The notes under the pieces are model-generated. The model did not search any database, was not told the origin of the DNA, and was given only the letters and a program-made list of their open reading frames with translations. The translations under genes were made by a program, and so were the position numbers. Shown one piece after another: positions 12,981 to 25,070 of a DNA stretch of 64,000 bases. The stretch comes from Mobula hypostoma (Eukaryota), in NCBI RefSeq assembly GCF_963921235.1, contig NC_086097.1, positions 138,572,001 through 138,636,000 on the forward strand. The letters run 5' to 3'. Numbering within the stretch: the stretch's first letter is position 1; each line of letters opens with the position of its first letter.

Positions 12981-15240
12981 GTGTTTCTTAGCTTTTCTCT
13001 TCCTGCAATGATTTTTTTCTAGCATTTTCTGTTTTTACTTGTAACATATTAAAGGTGCTTGTGAGATCTTTTTCAAACCACAACCTGAACCCTCTCTCAT
13101 GTCCTCGATAAGAATGTGCTTGAGTATTCAAATATTGTTCCCTTTTATTTGTTGGCTTTTATTTTGGTCTGATAAACCCCTATGTAGTGTCGTGTGCTTT
13201 TTCTCTGGATTCAATATCAATGCCAGGTGTTGAAAACTTTTTTTTTAAAAAAAGAACTTGAACAACTTTATAAAGTTTGGGCCTTTGTGCAATGAAGCAT
13301 ATAGCAGATTTACAGATGGGTTAGTAGAAAGTGGAAAAGAATGTTTTCAATGCCAAGGGTGGGCTGAAATAAGAAATGTAAGGTTGCAGCCAAGTTTGAC
13401 AAATATTTCCATTAAATTTGCACTCATCTGTAACTGCTTTGAATTCTTCTGCTTGTTATGCCCTGGATACTGAGGTTAGGGGTTGGGGGTGAGATGTTTA
13501 TGTTACAAATGAAAAATTCTGCAGATGCTAGAAATCTGAAAAAAATGCACAAAATAATGGAAGTGCTTAGTAACTGAATAATCATCATATACATGAAAGG
13601 AAGTTTGAAAAAAAAATCTATTAAAACTTGTTTCTGCAGAATTTTTAGGTTTTTATTTCTGGTGGTGGCCTATACTAGCCAGGTTTTGGATATACTGGTC
13701 ATCTCTCTTTAAGTAGTGATGTATTTTTTAAACATTGCTTTTATAGTCATCACTAAATTTATACCACTCCTGTGTGTTCCAAAGTATGCATTCCTGCGAT
13801 TCACTGTTCTGTCCAGCTTTGTTTATGGAAATCAAAAAGCTTGGTATGAAAGTTATTGATTTAAAATCAACCCAACCAAATGACTATATTTTTAATTCAC
13901 ACTTCCAGTGGAAACATTATTTTTTGTAAAATTAAGTCATTGTAATTGCTTTTGGCTAGGTTTTAATCTTTATGAAATTCATTAGTGTGGTGTGCAATCT
14001 CAGCACTTCCTTCCTTAAGTTCCTTCTGATGTACTTCTTTCAGTTTTGCCTTTTTTGGCTAATTACTCTTCTGGCACAGATTTATGATGAATTCCGGGAC
14101 GGCCTCTATTTTGTAGCGTTTAAGGGATTGATACACAGTCTAATTGATGTGGACTGGAAATGTGAATATAATGTTGATAAGTTCTCCCAGTTTCAATAAC
14201 TTGCTTACTTTTTGAACAAAAATAGAACAAGTAGCTTCCAATAACTTGGACAAAGCAGCCAAGTGTGATCACACTCATTACAGAAGGAAAGAAGTAGAAT
14301 TCACTACAACTTGTTAAAGCTAATGCCATTTGGTTGTTGGGTAGCCATAATAATTCAGTGACCTTGAAGTGCTAGATAATGGAAACTTCTCTAGGATAAA
14401 ACATTACACAACCCTAATCTGTTTCGATGTTAGTAGTGACTAAAGGTGGTCTACACTTGGTACTGTGCCTGTTGGTTCAGAACCAGGGGTAGAAATTGTA
14501 GTTGCACTGAAGACCCAGCAGTTGACCTTGGCTGATAAGGATTCCTATTTAAACTGTTATCTGAGATGCAAAGAATTTGAAGAATTCTCATTTTGAAGCA
14601 TTCTTCATGTAGAATACATGTTGATTCAATTCTAGTTGGTTCTGGATATTTTGGTTTATCTTTGATATTTCTCTCATCTCACCAAATAGTTGTGAAAATA
14701 TCATGGTTCTCCTTTGTCCTTCTAGAGGTGTTCAAAAAGATTTGGGATATACACATAAATCTTAGGTTCCAAAGAAGTTTGAGTTCAAGTTTATTGTCAT
14801 GCCACACATGCTCAGGGCTTTGAAAATTAACTTTTTGCCGCAGTACATTATAAACATGTCAAACATAAATTGACAAATCTCTTGAGAAAGTTCCTACTCG
14901 TTTACATGGATTTAGATTTAATCTTTCATGGGTGTTTCTATAATACTCTTAAATGAAAGTTCCAAAGACAGTGTGTATGTATATTTACCTTCACTCTGGC
15001 AAGCCTGACAAAACTTATCAAAGTTCAGGTGTTGCTCAAAGTTTAAATTTGATGGCTTTTTATGGGGTTTGGGGTCTGGGCGTGGTTGGCAAAGCAAGTA
15101 TATATTAAACTTTCCCATTTGGTTTCTTCTTGAAAAGCAGGGTTGTGCCACTGCCTCGCACAACTGTAGTTCTTCAAGTGAAGGTACTGCCACATTGCTG
15201 TTGGGGTAAAATTTAAACCTCCTTGAATGGCTGATGGTTC

Positions 15241-15528
15241 AGGTTAGATTAGCTTTATTCATCACATGTACATCAAAGTGTTCATGAAATGCATCATCGA
15301 GAATGTGCTGCAAGTGCCACCATGCTTTTGGCAGTAACCTGGCATGCCGGCACTTTACTCACTCTTACGCATATGTCTTTGGAATGTGGGAGGAAACTGT
15401 AGCACCAGGAAGAAACCCACGTGGTCATGTGGAGAACGTTCAAAGTCAGACAGCTGGCAGGAATTGAAGTCAATCTTAAAACCTTTGCTGTAAAAGCAAT
15501 GCACTAACCGCTACACTACCATGCCACC
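15241..15528 (-). mobile_element. V-SINE
   Basis: gtctttggaatgtgggaggaaactgtagcaccaggaagaaacccacg is the reverse V-domain. Tail gattagctttatt. Confidence 0.8.
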
Positions 15529-15699
15529 CTAATCAAATATTCAGTCAAATTTTTCCAATAATTTAGTGATGGCTCCAATTACTTTGGCTCAGCTTGTGGT
15601 GATCAGTTCTGTACCTGAATTAGATGGCGGAATCTCAGATTGCAGCATTTAAATGAAAGCAGTTTAGTAAGGAGACGACAAAATGGAGAGCTGCAGCAG

Positions 15700-15955
15700 A
15701 ACAGTAGTGTGACGATTAGCGTAATGCTATTACAGCACCAGTGACCCGAGTTCAGTTCTGTCGCTGTCTGTAAGCAGATTTGTACATCCTCTCTGTGAGT
15801 GCGTGGGTTTCCTCTGGGTGCTCTGGTTTCCTCCCACATTCCAAAGACATATAGGTTAATAGGTTCATTGTCTCATGGGTACAATTGGCTGGCGCAGGCT
15901 CATGGGCTGGAGGGGTCTGTTACTGTGCTACATCTCTAAATAAAGTAAAATAAAG
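15700..15955 (+). mobile_element. V-SINE with CR1-type tail
   Basis: tRNA-like head (gagttcagttc), V-domain tgcgtgggtttcctctgggtgctctggtttcctcccacattccaaagac, tail gggctggaggggtctgttactgtgct...taaataaag. Confidence 0.8.
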
Positions 15956-17366
15956 TAGCTCTGTAATGTAACAGTAGCACGGCTAGAATTTTAGTCAAAG
16001 TTGCACCTTTTGATTATATAGAGAACTGATCAGCTGGTTTCCTTGTTGAGGGTGTAATGTGTATTTTGTCAGTGCATTGAAATCATCTGTACCTGTTGGG
16101 GTCATGATGCATATTGTTCAGCAGCAAAGAGTGGTTTTTCATTGGATCTGCAATATTGAGTGTGCAGTAGCATTATTTTGGATTATTCTACCTATCTTGC
16201 CTTTCTCTTGTGGTTTTAGATGTAATTAGTAAACGGAGCTGAATGATGGTAACTGATAAAAGCTTGAAACTGTTGGAGGACAAGTGTCATTGAATAGCCA
16301 CCGTCTTTCTGATGATTCATTTAATTTAGTTACATCTGTCTCAGGTGATCAAACTGATGTTCTTGTTTCACAAATGGATTTTTTTGTATTACTAATTTTG
16401 CAATTTCCTCTTGAAATTTCAACACGTGGAATAATAAAAAACATTAAACCAAGTTATTCATCCCATTGGGCAACCAATGGATATATTCAATCCTCCACAT
16501 CATTTCAATGATTGGTTTATTTCTCCTGTTGTCATGTTTTCTATTCTGTTCAATTGTTAACACCCTGGAAGACAGTAGACATGCTCTGTTTCCTATTCAT
16601 TACTCATGGCTAGGCCTACAGGGTGATTGCTTTCACCCTAAGTTAGTGGACTCTGGATATTATTGATATACAAACTCTTAAACCTCCTATTGGAAGGGGA
16701 GCAACAGTGGTTTCCTCTTCCTGCCCAGACAGTAGGCTATTGCTGAATTTGCTGGCTTGACACAGATGAGTCATTTGAATCTTTATTAAGGGAATTTGTG
16801 CTACCCACTGTCCAAACTTGTGGGGGTACCAGAAACCCACAAAAGGTTGGGTTCGAAGAACCCAAATTCTGTTTTTTTAAAATTTTCAAGTTTTGAAATA
16901 TCTATGATAAAAGTTATGTAGAAGGATCTTGCATACAGAAACAAAATACATGCTTTAGATTTACTGTTGTTGGCTGGTGCTTTGGAAAATAAGAACAGTT
17001 AGTCTATTTCTATATTTAACTGTGCTGAATTTCAAGCTGTTTTTGCAGTCTGTGATATTAATATTTTAATAGCCAACAATTAACTTTGCGTGAGCTTTTA
17101 TGTATGAACAGTCAACTAAATAATCCTGGAATAGGTTTCATGTGAATTAGAACAATTGATTTTTCTTGTGCATAATGGCTCTGAAAAAAAATTGATTGTA
17201 CTGGAAGAATCTTTTACCATGTAAAGGTGTGTCATGTCATTTCTCTGAACTGTCCTTCAGTTTTGAAACCTGCTTAGAAACAGAAGTGGTAGTGATGTGA
17301 AACTCCATAGTATTTCATGAGTACTGCTAATTCACTTCAGTGATTTTTTTTTAATGTTTGTTGCAG

Positions 17367-17468
17367 GAATCTTACACCTACAAAGACCCTATCACAGAAT
17401 TTGTGGAGTGCCTGTATGTGAATTTTGATTTTGATGGTGCTCAGAAAAAGCTCAGAGAGTGTGAATCG
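17367..17468 (+). CDS. EIF3E: EIF3E (eukaryotic translation initiation factor 3 subunit E / Int-6) internal coding exon, equivalent to human exon 9
   Basis: Translates [34 protein letters not shown], recognised as eIF3e sequence. Preceded by a T-rich tract and ttgcAG, followed by GTaagt. 102 bp, phase 0/0. Confidence 0.97.
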
Positions 17469-17644
17469 GTAAGTTTGTTTCAAATCTTGTTGTGCTATGA
17501 ATTCCTGCAGTTATCCATTGCGACAAGTAATCATACTAGTTCAAAATGTTTGAAGGAATTCTATGTTTCATTTCAAATATGAAGCATGTGTTAAGCAAAT
17601 GAGTGAACCTGTGGGTTTTCAAGTGCACCTTTGCGATTGCTGAC

Positions 17645-19115
17645 ATTTAGGAAAATTGTTAGCATTAAAAAGGTGTGGAAGCTTTGAAAAGGATGCAAAG
17701 GTTCAGAGATTCAAAAAACTTTATTGTCATTCTAACCGTACATCAGTTCTGCAGGGCAGAATGAGACAGCATTTCTCAGGAGCAGTGCAATCATAACAAA
17801 CGCAACACTAAATAATAAACATAACAATAAATAGTAAAACACAACAGCCACATGTCAGTTAAAATCAAGTTATAAGTGTCCAGTGCAAGTTAAAAGTGTC
17901 CAAAGCAGAGTCAGGTGGAGCAGCTATTTAGCAATCTGACTGCCTCTGGGAGGAAGCTGTTTAGTAGCCTTGTGGTTTTAGTTTTGATGCTCCTGTAACG
18001 TTTGCCTGATGGCAGAAGAACAAACAGTTCATGGAGAGGGTGTGAGGGGTCTTTAATGATGTACCGTGTCTTCTGGAGGCATCGCCTCTGAAAGAGGTCT
18101 TGGACAGAAGGTAGGGAGACCCTAATAACCTTCTCTGCTCCCCTAACCACCCTCTGCAAGGCTTTTTTGTCGACAGCACTGCAGCTGGAGTACCAGGTTG
18201 CGATGCAAAAGGTCAGCACACTCTCAATCACGCCTCTGTAGAAAGTAGTTAAGATGTTAGTGGGGAGTGATGCTTGTTTAAGCTTCCTTAGAAAGTGCAA
18301 TCTCTGCTGGGCTCGTTTCACAATCCCAGTGGTGTTCCTGGACCAGGTGAGATTGTCCGAGATTTGCACCCCAAGGAACTTGATGTTTTCCACTCTCTCC
18401 ACTGTGGAGCCGCTGATGCTGAGGGGTGTGTGCTCAGGCTGAGAGCGTCTGAAATCGACGATCATCTCCTTGGTTTTGGTGACATTAAGCATCAAGTTGT
18501 TATCCCTGCACCAGCTCTCTAGGTGTTTGACCTCCTCCCTGTACATTGTTTCATCATTTTTGCAGAAAGGTTTTATCAGAATACTGCCTAAATTAGAGCG
18601 TATGAGCTAAAAGGAGAAGTTTCACAAACTTTGGTTGTTTTCTCTGAAGCGTCGGAGTCAAAGGGGAGATATGACAGAAATTTATTAAGTTAGTAAAGTT
18701 ATAGATAGGGTGGGCAGTCAGAATCTTTTCCCCAGCAAAAATAAAGAAAGGTTGAGCACACTAGGCTAAGTTGAAGGTGGATTAAACGCGGATAAAATTA
18801 TGAGAGGCATCGATAAAATGGACAGTCAGCACCTTTTTCCCAGAGTAGCAGTGGGCAGTACCAGAGGACATTTCATTTAAGGTGAGTGAAGAAAGTATAG
18901 GGGAGATGTCAGGGATGGGCATTTTACACAGAGGGTGGTAGGTGCCTGGAACACAGCATGTTAGGGACTGATACATTATGGACACTTAAGAGATTCTTCG
19001 AAAAGCACATGGATGTGAGAAAAATGGAGAGGTATGGATTATGTACAGGTTTGGTTTAATTTGGCAGTGTTTGGTGCAGGTATTATGGGCTGAAGGCCCT
19101 GTTTGATGTTCTACA
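17645..19115 (+). mobile_element. Old CR1 3' fragments, split by a younger Rex1 insertion
   Basis: gaagctttgaaaaggatgcaaag resumes as gcagaaaggttttatcagaatactgcct after the insertion. CR1-type end tatgggctgaaggccctgtt. Confidence 0.65.
17705..18565 (-). mobile_element. Young 5'-truncated Rex1/Babar LINE
   Basis: Uninterrupted 211-aa ORF 17911..18546 (WCRDNNLMLNVTKTKEMIVDFR...FLGVQISDNLTW...AQQRLHFLRKL) covering late RT and the C-terminus. 3' UTR with gacaataaag tail. Confidence 0.92.
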
Positions 19116-19268
19116 CCTCCAACTTCCCTTCATTGCACTGGCTGCAATTGAATGCAGAGTGTGCATTTCAACTACAACAGACAGTGTGCAATTCTTTGTT
19201 CAGAAAGCTCTTCACAGCTTCATTGCTTCATCCAAGTTTGAAGGGCTTCAAAAAATTTCCCAATGTAA

Positions 19269-19500
19269 ATTAAAGTTCAAGTTCAAAGTAAATTTACTAA
19301 CAAAGTACTTGTATGTTACCTGCAATTCCTTTTTTTGCGGGCAATCACAGTAAGTACAAGAAACACAATAGAATTAATGAAAGACCACAGCCAACAGGGC
19401 GGACGACAACCAGTATACAAAGAGAAACAACTAATAGTGGAAATACCAAAAGAAAGAGAGAAAAAAAATAAATAAGCAATACACATCGAGAACATGCATC
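19269..19500 (-). mobile_element. Rex1/Babar-type 3' tail fragment
   Basis: Begins with (aagttc)n tail repeats plus aaatttact. Homologous to the tail at 36175-36420. Confidence 0.6.
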
Positions 19501-20014
19501 TTTAAGGTTGCTGAGATGACTCTGCTATTTGGGTTAACGGGTATGATGAAGTTTGGTAAATGGTATATAATGTTAGATTATTATGTTTTCTTCCAGTAAA
19601 GCTACATATTGAACAGAATGTTTCTATATTTGACATGGAAGTGTTGACTAGCAAAGCGAGATTGAGTTCACACAGCTCTTGTACCATGATTTTGATAACA
19701 AGATCCTAGCATTTATCCTGCTATAGATGAAGTTAATTGTCCTGGAAATCTGAATTCTCTCTCATTCTCTCCTTAAATTGTGAGATTGTTTCTTACCTTC
19801 CATTTACAAGGAACTTACCTAAAATGTGGTATTGCACTCACTGTATCCACAATCATGGTTACTGCCTCTTTAAGATATCAGTTCAAGGTATTTCATTGAT
19901 TTAAGTTTAAGTAGTTTGTTTTTCCCTAATATTTTCTTTAAGTTCCCATCTATTTTAGAAATACCTAGTCTCCATCTGTGAATGTAAATGCAAAATGAGA
20001 TTATTTTTTCCATA

Positions 20015-20141
20015 AACAACAGGAATTCTGCAGATGCTGGAAATTCAAGCAACACACATAAAAGTTGCTGGTGAACGCAGCAGGCCAGGCAGCATCTCTA
20101 GGAAGAGGTGCAGTCGACGTTTCAGGCCGAGACCCTTCGTC
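20015..20141 (-). mobile_element. Solo Penelope-like terminal fragment with 12-bp target-site duplication
   Basis: Homologous to the ends of the GIY-YIG-bearing elements at 41525-42200 and 62080-63230. Flanked by attttttccata at 20003-20014 and 20142-20153. Confidence 0.8.
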
Positions 20142-21979
20142 ATTTTTTCCATATCCTTTCTCCTCCATGATAATTTCTTCTGCATAGGCTTGTGTTTACT
20201 TTCACTGTCATCTTTTTTCCATAGACCTAGATGAGATTTTACTATCTGCTTTTTGTGTCTCTTAGATTTAGCTTCAATCAAGTTTCTTCGTATTAATCTC
20301 TGGGTCAAGACTTGGAAGAATCTAAAATCTTTCATTCTAGGCTTGTGCAGGCTTTCTGGTAGCATTATAAGACTCTTCATTTAACCTAATTTGATTAGCC
20401 ACAATTGGACCATATTTTCCTTTTTTTTGGAGAATGTGTATTTATTTTGCATATTATGAATGATTTTAAATTTCTAAACTATTTTTTAAATCAATTTTGC
20501 AAACCATCTTGTTCGTCCCTTCCCTTACACCTACAAAGTTTTGTGATTTGGATTTTAAATCATAATTAAGTAGTATAATCAACTATTTACAAGAATTTTT
20601 GAATCATTTTTATTCCCCTGTCATATTGCGACTGTCTCCGTTTTGTTAAAGGTTATTTCCATTAGTGCCATGAGTTAATCTATTTTGCTTTCAATCCTTC
20701 ATTCTGATGTAATCATGTTAGCTTTAACTAGTTTCTATTTTCCCCCAAGGAGACATTAGGCCCTAATGTATTCTTACCTTTGTTGGACCCTTTGCCTCTA
20801 ATTATGCACTAGTACCAGTGTGTTGTACTCTGCCTTGAAAGATCATTTCATCAGTAGAGTGGGGATGAACTTTTAGGCATGCTGTTATTTCAACATGCAT
20901 CCTTGATGTTCCTCTTTCTACTTTTGTATTGACCCCTGTCCAAGTTCTATTTTATCAATTTGTCCTGCTTGCTGCCCGAGTTATATGTCAGTTTACTGAA
21001 GCTCTTCTCTGCATAATAGTCGTTTTTCTCCAGATGTAGTTTCACTGGCTCATGAAGCTAAACCAGTATTTCACACACAACTCTTTTCAGCCGCACACTT
21101 AACCTTATAATACATTTGACAATTTGGCACAGTTAATCCAAAGATCAATTTCCATGAGATGCTCTATGTTAGCTTGGACCCTAGCTTTCTGGGCACTCTT
21201 GGCAGGGTCTAACTCCTGCTTTGCCTATATTGCTGATTCCAATATGCATCACAACATCTGGATTCACAATTCCTTCAATTTCTCTTCCAACTGTGTGAAA
21301 TACTTGCTTCCCCAACCTCCATTCTGTTTTGATGTCAGTTCAGTCTTCCCACCTTCATGCAAACTTTACCTCATCTGTCATCCTGCTCTCTGTGCTCCCC
21401 AGTGCAATTGACTCACTTTTAGCCTCATGAAAGGCAACTAACGTGTGTAGGAATTGCTGAACTTTGGAATATCATGGATTCTGAGGAAGTTCATCAAAGT
21501 TTTATGATATAAAGATATCTTGATATAAACAAACTGGCAAAAGTTAATTGCATTGCTTCTGAGTTTTTTGAAGGGAAAATATAAATGACGTTTGCAATGT
21601 GCCATGACCTCAAGTAATAGTTCTTTGAAAAATCATTAATATTTCTGGAGTTGTTCTTTGTGTTTTTTGGGTTATGGTTAGTATGACATTAAACTTGAAA
21701 GAATTAGTCTTGTTGACAGAATCATGTTAATCAAGACATTCTGGATTAATTTTCAGATTGATACCTCGTGGATAAAATCGGGTCAAGGGGGAGAAAGTGC
21801 AAAGACTGTTTAAAAAAGTAGTAAGGGATCCTCAATGTGAATGTTTTCTTGTACACAATTATGAGACCAGAGGACAACCTCAGCAGTGATTTAGTAGAAA
21901 GGAGTTTTAAGTCAAGCCATAGAGCTATACCACATGAAACAGGCTCAGGTTGTCCATGCTGACCAATACCTATCTAAAC

Positions 21980-22960
21980 TATGCAAGGCTTATTGAGAAA
22001 GCAAAGGGGCATGGGATCCATGGGGACATTGCTTTGTGGATCCAGAATTGGCTTGCCCACAGAAGGCAAAGAGTGATTGTAGACAGGTCATATTCTGCAT
22101 GGAGATCGGTGATCAGTGGTATGCCTCAGGGATCTGTTCTGGGACCCCTTCTCTTCGTGATTTTTATAAATGACCTGGATGGGGAAGTGAAGGGATGGAT
22201 TAGTAAATTTGCTGATGACACAAAGGTTGGAGGTGTTGTAGATAATGTGGAGGATTGTCAGAGGTTACAGCGGGACATTGATAGGATACAAAACTGGGCT
22301 GAGAAGTGGCAGATGGAGTTCAACCCAGATAAGTGTGAGGTGGTTCATTTTGGTAGGTCAAATATGATGGCAGAATATAGTATTAATGGTAAGACTCTTG
22401 GCAGTGTGGAGGATTGGAGGGATCTTGTGGTCCGAGTCCATAGGACACTCAAAGCTGCTGTACAGGTTGACTCTGTGGTTAAGAAGGCATACAGTGCATT
22501 GGCCTTCTTCAACCATGGGATTGAGTTCAAGAGCCAAGAGGTAACGTTACAGGTATATAGGAACCTCGTCAGACTCACTTGGAGTACTGTGCTCAGTTCT
22601 GGTCGCCTCACTGCAGGAAGGATGTGGAAACCATAGAAAGGGTGCAGAGGAGATTTACAAGGATGTTGCCTGGATTGGGGAGCATGCCTTATGAGAATAG
22701 GTTGAGTGAACTTTGCCTTTTCTCCTTGGAATGGTGGAGGATGAGAGGTGACCTGATAGAGGTGTATAAGATGATGAGAGGTATTGATCATGGGGATAGT
22801 CACAGGCTTTTTCCCAGGGCTGAAATGGCTAACACGAGAGGACACAGTTTTAAGGTGCTTGGAAGTAGGTACAGAGGAGATGTCAGGGGTGAGTATGTTT
22901 ATGCAGAGAGTGGTGAGTGCATGGAATGGGCTGCAGGTGACGGTGGTAGAGAAGGATACA
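21980..22960 (+). mobile_element. CR1 LINE 3' part (subfamily A)
   Basis: ORF 21950..22636 has PQGSVLGPLLF and SKFADDTK RT motifs. C-terminus in ORF 22579..22971. Confidence 0.95.
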
Positions 22961-22969
22961 AAGATTATT

Positions 22970-25070
22970 AGAGTAATAATCTTTCAAAAATTATTATACT
23001 CTGGTATGGTGCCATTGGTCTGGAAAATTTCAAATGTCACTTCACTGTTTAAGAAAGGAGGAAGACGGCAGAAAGGAAATTATAGACCAGTTAGCCTGAC
23101 CTCAGTGGTTGGGTATATGTTGCAGTCAATTCTTAAGGATGAGATTATGGAGTAGTTGGTGATACAGGACGTTAGGACAAAGACAGCATGGTTTACTTTA
23201 GGGAAAATCTTGCCTGAAAAACCTGTTGGAATTATTTGAGGAGATTAAAAATAGGATAGATAAAGGAGATGCGGTGGATGTTGTGAATTTGGACTTACAG
23301 AAGGCCTTTGACAAGCTGCTACACATGAGGCTGCTTACCAAGTTAGGAGCCTATGGTATCACAGGAAAGTTAATGGCATGGTTAAGCATTGGCTGATTGG
23401 TAGGAGGCAGCGAGTGGGAATAAAAGGATCCTTTTCTGGTTGGCTGCCAGTGACTACTGGTGTTCTGCAGGGGTTGGTGTTGGGACTACTTCTTTTGATG
23501 CTGTTTATCAGTGATTTAGATCAGTGGTCCCCAACCTCCGGGCCGCAAAGCATGCAGGGGTGCAGCAGTAGCTGGAGCGCACCCAGCACATCTTGAAGAA
23601 AAAAGCTGAAATAAACAAGCTAATTAATTAGGTGCCGCCTGGCACGTAAATGTTGGCCCAGATCAGAGGCAATTGCCGATTTCACTAGCTCTACGCGATA
23701 TTCACTCCTCTTTCCAGGGCGCTGGAACCTTTAGCTGTTCCATTGTTTGGTCAATTTAACCGCCAGCTCAATCAGGCTGAAAAGACAGGGCTGTCAGGAT
23801 CGAGGTGACATGTTGAACCTACACAAACTTCTAAAAACGTATAGGCGCTGCCGTGCTTTCTTTGTAATGACAGTTACATGCTGGTCCCAGGACAGATCCT
23901 CTGACACTTTTCAGAGAGAGAAACGTCAATCCTTAATGCCGAAGAATTTAAAGTTATTGATCCTCTCCACCTCAGTTCCTCTAATGAAGACTGGCTTCTG
24001 GGCGGCACCTAATTAATTAGCTTGTTTATTTCGGCTTTTTTCTTAAAGGTGTGCAGGTTGTGCTCCAGCTACCGCTGCACCTTTACATGCTTCACAGCCC
24101 GGAGGTTGAGAACCACTGATTTAGATGATGGAACATATGGCTTTGTTGCCAAGTTTGCAGATGATATGAAGATTGGTAGAGGGGCAGATAGTGTTGAGGA
24201 AACAGGTAGGCTGCAGAAGGACTTAGACAGATTAGGAGAATGGGCAAGAGAGTGGCAAATGAAATACAATGTTGGAAAATGCATGGTCTTGCACTTTAGT
24301 AGTAGAAATAAATGCACAGACTTTTTTTTTAAAGGGGAGAAAATCCAGAAATCTGAGATACAAAGTGACTTGGTGTTGTTGTGCAGAGCACACGAAAGGT
24401 TAACTTGCAGGTAGAATCAATGGTGAGGAAAGCAAATGCAATGTTAGCACTCATTTCAAGAAGTCTAGAATACAAGAGCCGGGATGTGATGCTGAGGCTT
24501 TATAAGTCAATGGTGAGGCCTCACCTTGAGTACTGTGAATAGTTTTGGGCTCCTCATCTAAGAAAAGATGTGCTGGCATTGGAGAGGCTACAGAGGAGGT
24601 TCACAAGGATGATTCCAGGAATGAAAGGGTTATCATTCACGAACGTTTGATAGCTCTGGGCCTGTACTTGCTGGAATTTAGAAGGATGGGGGTGGTGGTG
24701 GACCTCATTGAAACCTTTTGAATGTCGAAATGTGGGAAGGATGTTTCCCCATAGTGGGGAGTCCAGGACAAGAGGGCACAGCCTCAAGATAGAGGGGCGT
24801 GCATTTAAAACAGAGATGCAGAGAAATTTCTTTAGCCGGGGGGTGGTGAATTTGTGGAATTTATTGCCACAGGCAGCTGTGGAGGCCAGTTCATTGAGTG
24901 TTTTAAGGCAGAGCTTATTAGGTTCTGGATAGGATATGGTATCAAAGGTTGCAGAGAGTTCGCCGGTGTGTTGGGCTGAGGAGGGGCAGAAAGGATCAGC
25001 CATGATTGAATGGCGGAACTGACTCGATTGGACAAATGGTCTAATTCTACTCCAATGTCTTATGGTCTAA
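22970..25070 (+). mobile_element. CR1 LINE RT region and 3' end (subfamily B), interrupted by a hAT MITE
   Basis: NYRPVSLTSVVG, LQGLVLGLLL and AKFADDMK in broken frames. Tail atgtcttatggtct. Confidence 0.92.
23522..24118. mobile_element. Non-autonomous hAT (Charlie-like) element, 597 bp, with imperfect TIRs of about 118 bp and an 8-bp TSD
   Basis: Ends cagtggtccccaacc / ggttgagaaccactg. Arms 23522-23639 and 24001-24118 are reverse complements. TSD atttagat at 23514-23521 and 24119-24126. Confidence 0.92.

Noticed and set aside
15700..15770. tRNA-like A/B box sequence
   Set aside because: It is the head of a V-SINE and does not form a full cloverleaf.
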